Source of the DNA: Squalus acanthias
Lineage: Eukaryota
Reading direction: 5' to 3'
DNA length: 64,000 nt
NCBI GenBank assembly: GCA_030390025.1
Contig: CM059432.1
Span: 125,986,001-126,050,000 of the forward strand
The number at the start of each line of letters is the position of its first letter. Position 1 is the first letter of the stretch. Shown here piece after piece: positions 39,039-50,299 of this stretch. The notes beneath the pieces were generated by a model. It had not been told where the DNA came from. It saw nothing but the letters and a program-made list of their open reading frames with translations, and searched no databases. Position numbers and translations under genes: made by a program.

Positions 39039-41599
39039 GGGTTGAATTTTAATGCGGAAGGTGGGTCGGGGGTGGTGGGGGGGATGGGGGATGCTCCGAT
39101 GGGGTCGGGAAACCCGGGAGAATGTTAAATTCGGCAGGACCTGATTTGAATGGGAAGACTCTGTTTCCCACTCGCAGCCAGCCAGACTGAGATGCTGGCT
39201 GGCTGCAGGCTGGTAGGCCTGGGAGGGAGGGATCACATGGGGGTCGGGCTGGGAGAAGATCAAGCAGTCATGGGCCGGGAGAAGATCGAGCAGTCAGGGG
39301 CCGGGAGAAGATCGAGCAGTCAGGGGCCGGGAGAAGATGTAGGAGTCGGGGGCCGGGAAAAGATGGAGGGGTCGGGGGTCGGGAAAAGATGGAGGGGTCG
39401 GGGGTCGGGAGATGATGGAGGGGTCAGGGGTCGGGAGATGAAGGAGGGGTTGGGGGCCAGGAGAAGATGGAGGGGTCGGGGGCCGGGAGAAGATGGAGGG
39501 GTCGGGGACCGGGAGAAGATGGGGGGGTCAGGGACCGGGAGAAGATGGAGGGGTCGGGGGCCGGGAGAAGATGGAGGGGTCGGGGGCCGGGAGAAGATGG
39601 AGGGGTCGGGGGTCGGGAGATGATGGAGGGGTCGGGGGCTGGGAGATGATGGAGGGGTCGGGGTCGGGAGATGATGGAGGGGTCGGGGAGCGGGAGAAGA
39701 TGGAGGGGTCGGGGGCCGGGAGAAGTTGGAGGGGTCGGGGGTCGGGAGATGATGGAGAGGTTGGGGGCCGGGCAAAGATGGAGGGGTCGGGGAGCGGGAG
39801 AAGATGGAGGGGTCGGGGGCCGGGAGAAGTTGGGGGGGTCGGGGGTCGGGAGAAGATGGAGGGGTCGGGGGCCTGGAAATGATGGAGGGGTCGGGGGTCG
39901 GGAGATGATTCGGGGGTCGGGAGATGATCGAGGGGTCAGGGGTCGGGAGAGGATGGAGGGGTTGGGGGTCGGGGGCCGGGAGAAGATGGAGGGGTCGGGG
40001 GTCGGGAGATGATGGAGGGGTCGGGGGCCGGGAGAAGATGGAGGGGTCGGGGAGCGGGAGATGATTCGGGGGTCGGGAGATGATGGAGGGGTTGGGGGCC
40101 GGGAGAAGATGGAGGGGTCGGGGGTCGGGAGATGATCGAGGGGTCAGGGGTCGGGAGATGCTGGAGGGGTCGGGGGCCGGGAGAAGATGGAGGGGTCGGG
40201 GGTCGGGAGATGATTGAGGGGTCAGGGGTCGGGAGATGATGGAGGGGTCGGGGGCCGGGAGAAGATGGAGGGGTCGGGGGCCGGGAGAAGATGGAGGGGT
40301 CGGGGGTCGGGAGATGATGGCGGGGTCAGGGGTCGGGAGATGATGGGGGGTCGGGGGCCGGGAGATGATGGAGGGGTCGGGGGTCGGGAGATGATGGAGG
40401 GATCGGGGGTCGGGAGATGATCGAGGGGTCAGGGGTCGGGAGATGATGGCGGGGTCAGGAGATGATGGGGGGTCGGGAGAAGATGGAGGGGTCGGAGGCC
40501 GGGAGATGATGGAGGGGTCGGGGGCCGGGAGATGATGGAGGGGTCGGGGGTCGGGAGATGATGGAGGGATCGGGGCCGGGAGTTGATGGAGGGGTCGGGG
40601 GTCGGGAGATGATGGAGGGATCGGGGCCGGGAGTTGATGGAGGGGTCGGGGGTCAGGAGATGATGGAGGGGTCAGGGGCCGGGAGATGATGGAGGGGTCG
40701 GGGGTCGGGAGATGATTCGGGGGTCGGGAGATGATCGAGGGGTCAGGCAATGATGGAGGGGTCGGGGGCCGGGAGAAGATCGAGGGGTCGGGGGCCGGGA
40801 GATGATGGAGGGGTCGGGGGTCGGGAGAAGATGGGGGGCTTGGGGGCCGGAAGATGATGGAGTGGTCGGGGGTCGGGAGATGATGGAGGGGTTGGGGGCC
40901 GGGAGAAGATGGAGGGGTTGGGGGTCGGAAGATGATTCGGGGGTCGGGAGATGATCGAGGGGCCAGGGGTCGGGAGAAGATGGAGGGGTCGGGGGCCAGG
41001 AGAAGATGGAGGGGTCGGGAGAAGATGGAGGGGTCGGGGGGCGGGAGAAGATGGAGGGGTCGGGCCCGGAGAAGATGGGGGGGGGGTCATAAGTGGCAAG
41101 AAGATCGGGGCCGGAGGAGGATTGGGGGGGGTGGGGAGGGGGCCAAAGAGGATCAGGGCCGGAAGAGCAACACGGGGAGGGCCAGAGGAGGGCGATGATC
41201 GGAGGCCTCGTGGGGGAGTCTCCGATTGCAGAGGGTGGGTTAGCCAGGGACCCTGGATCCAGGAGGTCTGTGTAAAGGCACTTATCTCCTGGACCCAGCA
41301 GTCCTCGCCTTGTTGTAGCTGGCGGTTTTATGAGGTGCGCAAAACCCGACCAGCTGCAGTTAAACACAAAATGGAGGTTAAAGCAGGGGCTTCCAGCCTC
41401 ATTATAATATTTAAATAGGTGGCCCACCTCCTGGGAGCGGGTTGGCTGCCCGCCCCCATCCTGCCTCCTGTCCTGCCTCTGTTAAAAACGGAAGTAGGCG
41501 GGTTGGAGGTGGATTCAGGTTGGGGTCCCTATTTTTAACACTTTAACTACCCCCACGCCCCCTCAATCCACCCGTTTTTTTTAGGTTAAAATTCCCCCC
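39039..41599 (-). mobile_element. Harbinger-type MITE expanded by an internal minisatellite
   Basis: TIRs GGGTTGAATTTTAA / TTAAAATTCCCCCC; flanks AAT / AAC. Confidence 0.7.
39270..41090 (+). repeat. G-rich minisatellite, 26-bp unit GGGGCCGGGAGAAGATGGAGGGGTCG (~70 units, with variants)
   Basis: Directly visible tandem array; variants GGGGTC/GGGGCC and AGAAGATG/AGATGATG, plus shorter ~18-bp units. Confidence 0.97.
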
Positions 41600-42853
41600 A
41601 ACATGTTAGTAGGCCAACAAATCACGAATTAAGTAAAAATTTTGAATACGGAGGTCTCAAGTCGCTATGATAGTGGCTGAACCCCAGGCTAATAGCAATC
41701 TGATGGCCTCATGGGTCCCTAGGGACCTTCTTTTGGAAACTTATCATGCAGATACGGCAGCGCAAACATTATCAGCTAATGTTACGATGGAAAATATGTA
41801 AGAACTGTTCTTGTAAATCATACATTTTACCAAATGTTTCATGTTTTTCTGTCAATGCAGTTATTGTTACAGAAACAAAATCAGCACTTCAGGATCTGAA
41901 TTCAGATCACCTTCACATTGTAAAACAGTTTGAATTGGACAGAACGATAGCAGTGCTTACCGCAGCGAGACATTGTGCATTGTGATCCACAAGCATATTT
42001 GTACCCAATTGCACTTTTAAAATCTCGAAACATGCTGTACGTGAAATTTGGAGTGGTGTGTACATAGATTAAACTCACTTTTTATTCCTCTTTAGTGAAC
42101 AAAAGGAGCAAAGGGCCTCCTGACCGCCCAGAGGGCAGAACTGATAACAGAACACCTCCTCCTTCTGAAGATATGCAAGTGACTTTACAGCTGCCAAAAC
42201 CAAACGCCCTGGACAGAACTCTTGTCCTTAACCCCGTCTGTCATCTGATGGATACAGCGAGTCAAGTCAAATCTTGTTCATGGCTGGCTAAGAATTTATC
42301 ATTACCTCACTTAGTCGCTGTAAGAGGAAGCAGTTCTTACTTTCTGGGCTACCATGTAATACTGGCACCAAAGTGTAACTGTGCACTCTCTAAGACGGTG
42401 CCTTTTGTTGCCTATTGAACAGACAGTTTGAATAGGTGACACATGCAAATTTGCCTCCAGGCAGCAAAGGAGCTGGCCACCTGTATGTAAAATGAGGGAA
42501 GCTGCACAAGAACACCTATCCTCTCAAACTGTTTTTTGTGCAGAAATATTTACTAAAACTAGTTCTCATAAGACAGCCATGCTTTTGCTCTGGGGTTTCC
42601 TGTTAGATGGAAATTGTGCATAAAGGAACACAACTTACAAGATCTTTGTCACATGACTGCAGACAGACTCTAACAAAGGGAATATTCCTAACACAAAAAC
42701 CATGGAATCTGGTAATATGGCATAACTTGGAGAAGACAAAAAGATAGTTTAGAATTCCCCCTTCCCCCGTAATTTCCCTCCCTCCTGAAATTTGCCAGGG
42801 ATGCAGTTCAGGCGCATAGCTCCCCAGTACCTAGTCCAACTGTCGATATTAAT

Positions 42854-43083
42854 AATAAAAACAGAAAATGCTGGAGATACTCAGCAGGTCAGGCAGCATC
42901 TGTGAAGAGAGAAACAGAGTTAACGTTTCAGATCGATGACCTTTCGTCAGAACACAGAACGTTTCATCCACCTGAAACGTTAACTCTGTTTCTCTCTTCA
43001 CAGATGCTGCCTGACCTGCTGAGTATCTCCAGCATTTTCTGTTTTTATTTCAGATTTCCAGTATCTGCAGTATTTTCTTTTTG
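42854..43083. mobile_element. Penelope-like pseudo-LTR insertion with inverted arms
   Basis: 13-bp TSD TGTCGATATTAAT (42841-42853, 43084-43096); ~77-bp inverted arms; related copy at ~53990-54110. Confidence 0.85.
42921..42950 (-). ncRNA. Minimal hammerhead-ribozyme-like core
   Basis: Minus strand CUGACGA-A-AGGUC-AUC-GAUCU-GAAA-CGUUA: conserved core boxes, stem II and a palindromic short stem III, as known for Penelope-associated minimal hammerheads. Confidence 0.55.
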
Positions 43084-43681
43084 TGTCGATATTAATGTCT
43101 GAGACGGGACACCAAGATCTAGATATTTCTCTTGCCAGGATTGGAGGCAATAATGTCGGTTTGAAGGTTGGGTTTTGTGTCCACCCAGTTTAATCATTGG
43201 CAAATTTCTGAGTGTTCACCTTTGGACATGGAGGAAAATGACTACTGCTGCCAGAGACAGGTGTCTGCAGAGGCTTAAAGCACAGACCACCTCTAATTTT
43301 ACAAAAAGTTTCTTGCCTCCGATGAATTGACAAATTCCACCCATGTGGTGCCAATCCATTGCCTGGCATTGCATTACCGATCTTTTTTTGGTAATTGATG
43401 TATTTTCTGGAGATGCACATACCCAAGCAAAGCTAGTCATGAATGTTGGCCTCATTACCTCCCATTGTTGCTAAGGTGATAATGTTGGAAAATGTACTGT
43501 CTGATGTCATTCTGTCATTGTCGTCTAATTTGAATGCAACAATGCACCCACCCATTTGGGCAGGTTCATCGGACGTTATTTCTGGTGGAAAATACAACAA
43601 ACATAATGGGTCACTGACCAATTTTGCACCCTCACCTGCTCCGTTACCGCTGCTAAAGAGGAAAATCCTGCCTTGAGTAAC

Positions 43682-43789
43682 AGAAAGAAAGAAAGACTTG
43701 CATTTACATAGCGCCTTTCACAACCTCAGGATGTCCCAAAGCAATTTACAACCAATAAAGTACTTTTGAAGTGTAGGCACTGTTGTAAT
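43682..43789 (-). mobile_element. SacSINE1 3' tail
   Basis: Matches the family tail. Confidence 0.8.
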
Positions 43790-44672
43790 CAGGTTCCTAT
43801 TCAATTGTGGGGGCATCACAACCAAGCCTAATATTGCGTTACCTGGCAAGCACACACATGCACTTCCCAGCAGGAGTCACTGGATAATGATGAGTGGAAT
43901 CATTGGGCCCATTTTTCCTCTTTTCCATCTCATTTGCACTGGTTCTTATTCATCCCTGTATAAAACAGGCCTCTAGGGTTGCTATGTGTCATGGTAAAGC
44001 AGAAGAGAATTTAAAGGGCCTAGTTTTTCTATGTCTATGATGCTACATAAATGCAAGTTGTTATAGATTCAATGTTAACAGATGCCGTTAAAACTTTATT
44101 TCTCAGTCACTTTTGTTGTTTTTTGTTGTTGTCAATTACTTTCTCATGTGCCTTTGTGCCTTTTGCTAAGTTGTCCATTCCCCCCCCCCCCCCCTCCATT
44201 TCAAATAGGGCACAATGAATTTCCCATTGGGATTTTCACTCTTTCTGCTTCTTGGAAGAAGAGGAGCAACAGATGCCAGGCTGGTGAAGTTGCACTAGAG
44301 GTGCCTGGCACCTACCCACCGATACCCCCACACCAGAGTATACAGTCAGAGGCGCTTTTCACATTTTGGATTCCAAATAATGGTGCGATGGAGAGACCTC
44401 GGTCTAACAAATGTTAAAAATGCTACTATTGAGCTAAACCTAGCTCTCAAAGGGTTAAATTCACAGGATAGCAGGGCTAGATTAGGTTTCAGACTGGGCA
44501 TCTGGACCAGCCTCCTGGAGACAATGCAAGATAGTTTGACATTCCAGTGATCATTCACACTCATTGTTCCTACAACAACTCTATTCATTGGAACTCAGCA
44601 GGGGTCATTGCCAAGTTAGGTTGCTGGATTCTGTTCTGGGGGTGGGGGCTGTGATCAGTCTGACTAAAAGTT

Positions 44673-44738
44673 ATGATGTGGAATTAAATTAAATAAATCT
44701 GTTGGACTATAACCTGGTGTTGTGCGACTTCTCATTTT
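44673..44738. mobile_element. 66-bp Penelope-like terminal insertion
   Basis: 12-bp TSD TGACTAAAAGTT; sequence shared with 52621-52668. Confidence 0.75.
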
Positions 44739-44859
44739 TGACTAAAAGTTGCCACTGGAGTCGAGCTTTTAGGTAACAGAAAGAGCTGCAAAAGCAGAGG
44801 GCAGTCTGGCAGCAAATTGCTGTGAATTTTTTTTTAAATAGACACGAGAATACAGGTAA

Positions 44860-45031
44860 AGGAGGTTCGGCGGTGGACTGAATACAGAGGAGTTATTCTG
44901 TTTAAGTCGAATAGCACATGCATTTCGATGAAGTAGGGCGGGAGGAGGCTCATGTGGAGCATAATCGCCGGCATAGACCAGTTGGGCCGACAAGCCTGTT
45001 TCTGTGCTGTAAATCCTATGTAATTCTATGT
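44860..45031 (+). mobile_element. CR1 3' tail fragment
   Basis: Matches 22415-22514. Confidence 0.8.
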
Positions 45032-45406
45032 AAAAATATTAAATAAACTGAAGTGGGATAACATAGCATTTTCATTATTTTTATATTTTTATATCATTAC
45101 GTAAAGGTAAGTTTCACCAATTGATCAAAGTGAATTCGATCATAACAGCCCTTAATTTCTGCGTCACACAATTATTCTAGTTTGCCTCTGGTGACATCTG
45201 TAATGTTAGCCAAACAGCTTTACACAGATGGATAAACCAAGTCACGGATGCCATGTTTATTTACAGCTAGCAAGTTCAACTTGCAGCAACATGAAAGGGC
45301 ACTGCAATTTTATTGGGTGGCAGGATTCCCCACAGTCCAAGCAATTATTGATTGCACTGATGTGGTCACACGAGCTTGTAGCTTTTAAAAGCTCTTTAGA
45401 ATAATT

Positions 45407-45947
45407 TGTCCGTGACTACACAAACCACTCCGGATACAGGTATATTGTGTATCAGTAAAACAGGTTTATTAAGCATTAAACATCCAGTACAAAGAAGTAA
45501 TACTTAACAAGAAGATAGTCGCAGTTTGTTCATTGAACACCGGCGTTCCTTCCGAGTGACTGTTTAACTCCTGCTGTGTTCTGTTGACTGAAGCTTCTCA
45601 TCCTCTGGTTTCACGCTGCCTTCAGTGTTCAATAGCTGTTCCTTTATACCTTTTTTTCTCCCTTCAAAATACATAGCAACTTGCAGCTGCTTGGGCTATC
45701 TCACCATTCTGACCTTCACAAGTACGGTCTATGATTCCCTCCCCTTTTCTTGTCAATCATCTTATGACCTCGTTAGTTCCGCTAAGCCTATTTCTGTGCA
45801 TAACAAAATACCCTTATCTAAGAACTTCACTTTACAGAACATCCTTGAGGTGTTTTCTAAACAGTTTGTCTATTCTGCTGTTTCTAAAATGAAGGCTCCA
45901 ATTCCTATCTCTTTTCCATAACATTACCGAAATCCATGTCCCCGACA
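45407..45947 (-). mobile_element. Putative LTR (541 bp)
   Basis: Minus strand starts TGTCGGGGAC and ends GTCACGGACA (8/10 terminal inverted repeat, TG...CA). TATAAA at 45648-45643 precedes AATAAA at 45470-45465. A purine-rich tract lies immediately 5'. No partner LTR was seen. Confidence 0.6.
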
Positions 45948-46217
45948 GTCTCCGTGTTTATTTCGCACTACATTCCATTACTTCAGTAATTTAAAACGGA
46001 GGTTTTTAGTCAGGTTGGCATAATTTTCCCATCCTGCTTTGGTCTCAGCCATTCGCCATTTTATACAGGCTTTTTAGGTTTTTAGCATACAATTTCACAT
46101 ATTATAGTTATTTACTAATGGTTATAGAATCTTAATAATGTTTACTAAATCCTACAGGTACACTCTATCCTGCAGATCCTTACCTTGAGGGCGAGGCATT
46201 TTGCCGACCCCTCAAAA

Positions 46218-46436
46218 CTAAAATCTTACATATGGGTTTGTTCTCCCACATTTATGTAACTCTAAGATATTCTGGGCTGTGATCATATTTAAACACGATC
46301 GGGTTTTGTACATTAGGTGTTTCAGGTAGCAGGTGTAGAATAGTAAGCATATCAGTACTACGAGTTGGGTTATAATCAGTACATGGGAAATTATCCTAAT
46401 CCAAGGAGGAATTTCCATGTTTGTCCCTATGTTGTA
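46218..46436 (-). pseudogene. Envelope-like glycoprotein C-terminus, copy 2 (membrane-proximal segment, TM, cytoplasmic tail)
   Basis: YNIGTNMEIPPWIRIISHVLIITQLVVLICLLFYTCYLKHLMYK... Confidence 0.6.
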
Positions 46437-46464
46437 TTATTAGTCCTAACAATTTTTGACTCCC

Positions 46465-46930
46465 TACCTTGTGGCATTTGTGTTTAACTGGGTAGATTTT
46501 AATCAAACTTCTGATCTTACATAGTTCAAAGTCTTACTACATGGGTTACATATATCAAATACACTATCATTACAAGTTGGACAACTACCAGAGCGTGTGA
46601 AATAATACGAACCTAAGGGTGTACTGATGTATTGAGCCCAATATCCCACCAGTGTGAGTTGTCCCCTATGCTGTCAATTTCAATATCTATTCTCGAGTTG
46701 TCTTGCTCCAAAACATAAAAATGCCTTAGGGAGGAGTTCAGTCGCATCATGAGCTCACTGAAACCCTCAAACAACAGGGGAATGTCGTATCCGAATTGTG
46801 CCACATCATTGTGCAGCTCATACTTAAAAACGTGTTGGTTGATGGGACAGGTCCTGTTAAGCAGTAGTAGTGACACAGGAGGCACCACCAAAATCACCTC
46901 ATACTGGATTCGTACTGGTTTTTCCCACGA
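46465..46930 (-). pseudogene. Envelope-like glycoprotein C-terminus, copy 1 (heptad repeat, WW motif, TM), with in-frame stop
   Basis: FSELMMRLNSSLRHFYVLEQDNSRIDIEIDSIGDNSHWWDIGLNTSVHP*VRIISHALVVVQLVMIVYLIYVT; N-glycosylation sequons NRT, NSS and NTS. Confidence 0.62.
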
Positions 46931-48654
46931 TGTTATCTACAAAACACAATTATTACAGTTACAAGTTAAATTCAGTCTTGCAATCATTTCACGCGACATT
47001 ACAGTTTAACATCTAATCAACAAATCATGGACTTAAAAGATTCTCCAGATCTCTTTTACTCATATCCATCTTGTGGATAATTCTTGCTAATATGATTTCT
47101 CCTTAGCCTCAATTGTCCCAATCCAAATTCTTCAACTTCAATTTCAATCCCTCTGACAGGTACCAGTGTGTTTAACTCTATTCTGATTGTTTCATTAATT
47201 AGATAGTTTCTCAATGGAGTATGTGTCAGTGCTTTAAAAGTTGTCTCACTCTCCTGAGCCACATTAACCATTTCATGTCTTGCTATTGTCAAGTAACTGA
47301 GCATGTCTGAGACCCGTTCTTCAGTGCAAATTCATTATGCATTTCCAGAAGATAATTGCTTCATACGTAACAAATCACATTTGTACACTCATATCGGTAT
47401 CTCAATATCATGCCACACGTGTCCTCCAATACAAGCCATTCTCGGGCTTTCAGGTATCGTATCAAAAGATTGTAGTCGTCTGGAAATCTTTGCTCACCTT
47501 CCTCTGCATGGTCCCGATGTCTTGGGTAGTGGCCGGACTATCAAATTCAGTTTTCTTAAAAGGTTCATTATAGGCAGGGACAAAAATGTCTCCAAGAGAA
47601 AGCTATCAATTTACTACTCTTAACTACACTTTTCTGACTTTCACTAGAAAGTTTTGAAAATTCCCATTCAGTAATGTAATTCTCCTGTTTCAATCTTACA
47701 CCCGCAATCACTTCCCTTTAATTACCATTCATATCTCATTCATGAGCCCTGGAGAAACTTTACTGTCCAGTACAATATTTAAGATTGAAAACATAGATCA
47801 AATGTTCTCACTTGGTCCAAGTTATTTTGTCATTTCAAAATTATCCCAAAATCCAAACAGCAGTATTGTTGAACTGATGGGTTTTGTCAATGTCCAATTT
47901 CATTTCTATCAATTTATCTTATCAATTCCAATTTCAGAAACAAGTGATTCCCAGGCTAGATGGTTTACATGGTGTTTTAACATTAGAGACAGAAGTGCTA
48001 CAATTAGTTTACAAGGTAACTTCCATATAACAAAAGAAAGAAGAGAATTGTGGCCCTGCTTAAGAACCCAAGGGGTTAATTTATCAAATCATAATTTTCC
48101 TTCTGACACTGGGGAAATATTAACTTAAATTAAGAAACTTAAATTTAATAATGTCCAATATCTTTAAATTTCATTCAGCAATACTAAAGTTGTTGCTTGG
48201 TGAACTTAAACAGCTGTCAGTGGAAAGGGTTAACTCGTTTGCAGGTTTTAAGGCGGTGGAGCGAAACATTGTCCGGCGCACGCAATTGCGTCACTTCACG
48301 TAAATTAAAAAAACTTTCCCGATCGAAAAAGACAGTTGTGTTTTCACACTTTAACTAAACACGAACAGAAAAAAACAAAACAAAATAACACATGCTTGCA
48401 GAAAACAGTAAATTACGTCATATTTCTTATTGTCCTTTCTTCAGATGCCTTTCCAAAATACTGTAAAAACATTGAATACAACTGGAGAAAAATTAGTTTT
48501 CACATTTAAACAAATCAAATTAAACTGCCTTGGAAATTTCACCATAGCAACCGCGGCTCCAAGGTTAAATTTTAGACTGAAACTTAATCTTTTGTTAAAC
48601 AAACTTTTTGTTGTTCTTCTCAGTTTTTACATGTCCAGCGGGGGGTTTTCCATG

Positions 48655-49150
48655 TCACTGCTGACATAGGCTACGGGGGCTGCCCTTGGTCAATGCCTAC
48701 ACCCATCTCACTGTACTGCTCATTTGCACGTACATCTCACCATAATGCAAGTGAGTGATAACTTTCCTTGGAGCTGCTACAATGTCTTCATTTTTAGGAA
48801 CTCCACAGTGCCAACGCACTTCAACTCAGAAAAGCAAGTGTCTGGGTGACTCCTGGAGGATCAAGACTAACCTCTACATCCATGTCATCATGGATCACTC
48901 CACTGGAAGGTGCAAATCAAGTGCCTGGATCGATCTGGAGGAGCCCTACAGTTTAGTCCAGCTAAGTTCTCAAGGATTCAGGTCCTTGAATCCTACGTGC
49001 TGCATAACTATGTCTTACTATGAAGCCTCCTCACGGAGGTGCCAGGCAATGAAGGCCTCCATAGGGGTTCAGCAAAAAAAGTAGCAGCAGCAGCCTGAAA
49101 AGGATGTGGTGGACAACCCATTGTTGGCTGCAAGACACATTCATGCCACT
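48655..49150 (+). pseudogene. HARBI1-type transposase C-terminal relic
   Basis: CLDRSGGALQFSPAKFSR...LHN, and D.GYG-like sequence near 48665. Confidence 0.7.
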
Positions 49151-49160
49151 TTAACATATA

Positions 49161-49949
49161 CTTTGGTGGCAAAAACAGGAAGACAGATTATTATCTGAAC
49201 GGCAATAGATTGGGAAAAGGGGAAGTGCAACGAGATCTGGGAGTCCTTGTGCACCAGTCGCTGAAGGTAAGCATGCAGGTGCAGCAGGCGGTTAAGAAGG
49301 CAAATGGTATGTTGGCTTCATAGCGAGAGGATTCGAGTACAGGAGCAAGGATGTCTTGCTGCAGTTGTACAAGGCCTTGGTGAGACCACACCTTGAGTAT
49401 TGTGTGCAGTTTTGGTCGCCTTATCTGAGGAAGGATGTTCTTGCCATGGAGGGAGTTCAGCGAAGATTTACCAGACTGATACCTGGGATGGCAGGAATGT
49501 CGTATGAAGAGAGATTGGGTCGATTAGGCATATATTCGCTAGAGTTTAGAAGAATGAGAGGGGATCTCATTGAAACTTATAAAATTCTAACAGGACTAGA
49601 CAGACTAGATGCAGGAAGGATGTTCCCGATGGCGGGGGAGTCCAGAACCAGAGGTCACAGTCTAAGGATAAGGGGTAAGCCATTTAGGACTGAGATGAGG
49701 AGGAATTTCTTCACCCAGAGAGTGGTGAACCTGTGGAATTCTCTACCACAGAAGGCAGTTGAGGCCAATTCATTAAATATATTCAAGAAGGAGATAGATA
49801 TATTTCTTAAGGCTAAAGGGATCAAGGGATATGGGGAGAAAGCAGGGACAGGGTACTGAATTTGGATGATCAGCCATGATCTCATTAAATGGCGGAGCAG
49901 GCTCGAGGGGCTGAATGGCCTACTCCTGCTCCTATCTTCTATGCTTCTA
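49161..49949 (+). mobile_element. CR1 3' fragment, same young subfamily as 30305-31100
   Basis: Identical C-terminal peptide ...FLKAKGIKGYGEKAGTGY and the same tail. Confidence 0.95.
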
Positions 49950-50299
49950 TAACGGGTCTCATTAACATATATGCGGTGGGCTACAGGTGGCAAATGGCCG
50001 ACCCGCTGCAGGCTAACTCCGGGCTGGCGCAATATTGGGCGGCTCAGAGGCCAACCTGGCCAGAAAAAAGATAGATCTGGTGGAGATTTGTGATTACGGA
50101 GAGGGGGGAGCCTGGGACAGCAGCGGCCCACATTCTTCTTATGGAGCCTGGAGGAGGGCTCCTTCTCCTCCTAACCCTACTAAGGAAAAATTAACACCTA
50201 TCTTACAGGGCGGCAGAGCAGGAATGGCCAGTAAGTCAACTACCTCCATTTTAACTCTGCTACCACGCCATTTCCATCAAGCGGAGGGAGTTACAATCT

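Noticed and set aside
39320..41427. 476-aa and 251-aa proline-rich ORFs, and Gly/Arg-rich ORFs on the other strand
   Set aside because: Translation artefacts of a 26-bp (not multiple of 3) stop-poor minisatellite.
41961..42034. Further minus-strand exon-like segment (also an 18-bp one near 42640)
   Set aside because: Weak acceptor and ambiguous frame; cannot be tied to the downstream chain.
47400..47500. FPDDYNLLIRYLKAREW on the minus strand, resembling a CRAL-TRIO N-terminal motif
   Set aside because: Short, bounded by stops, and in a different frame from the longer decayed ORF; likely coincidence.
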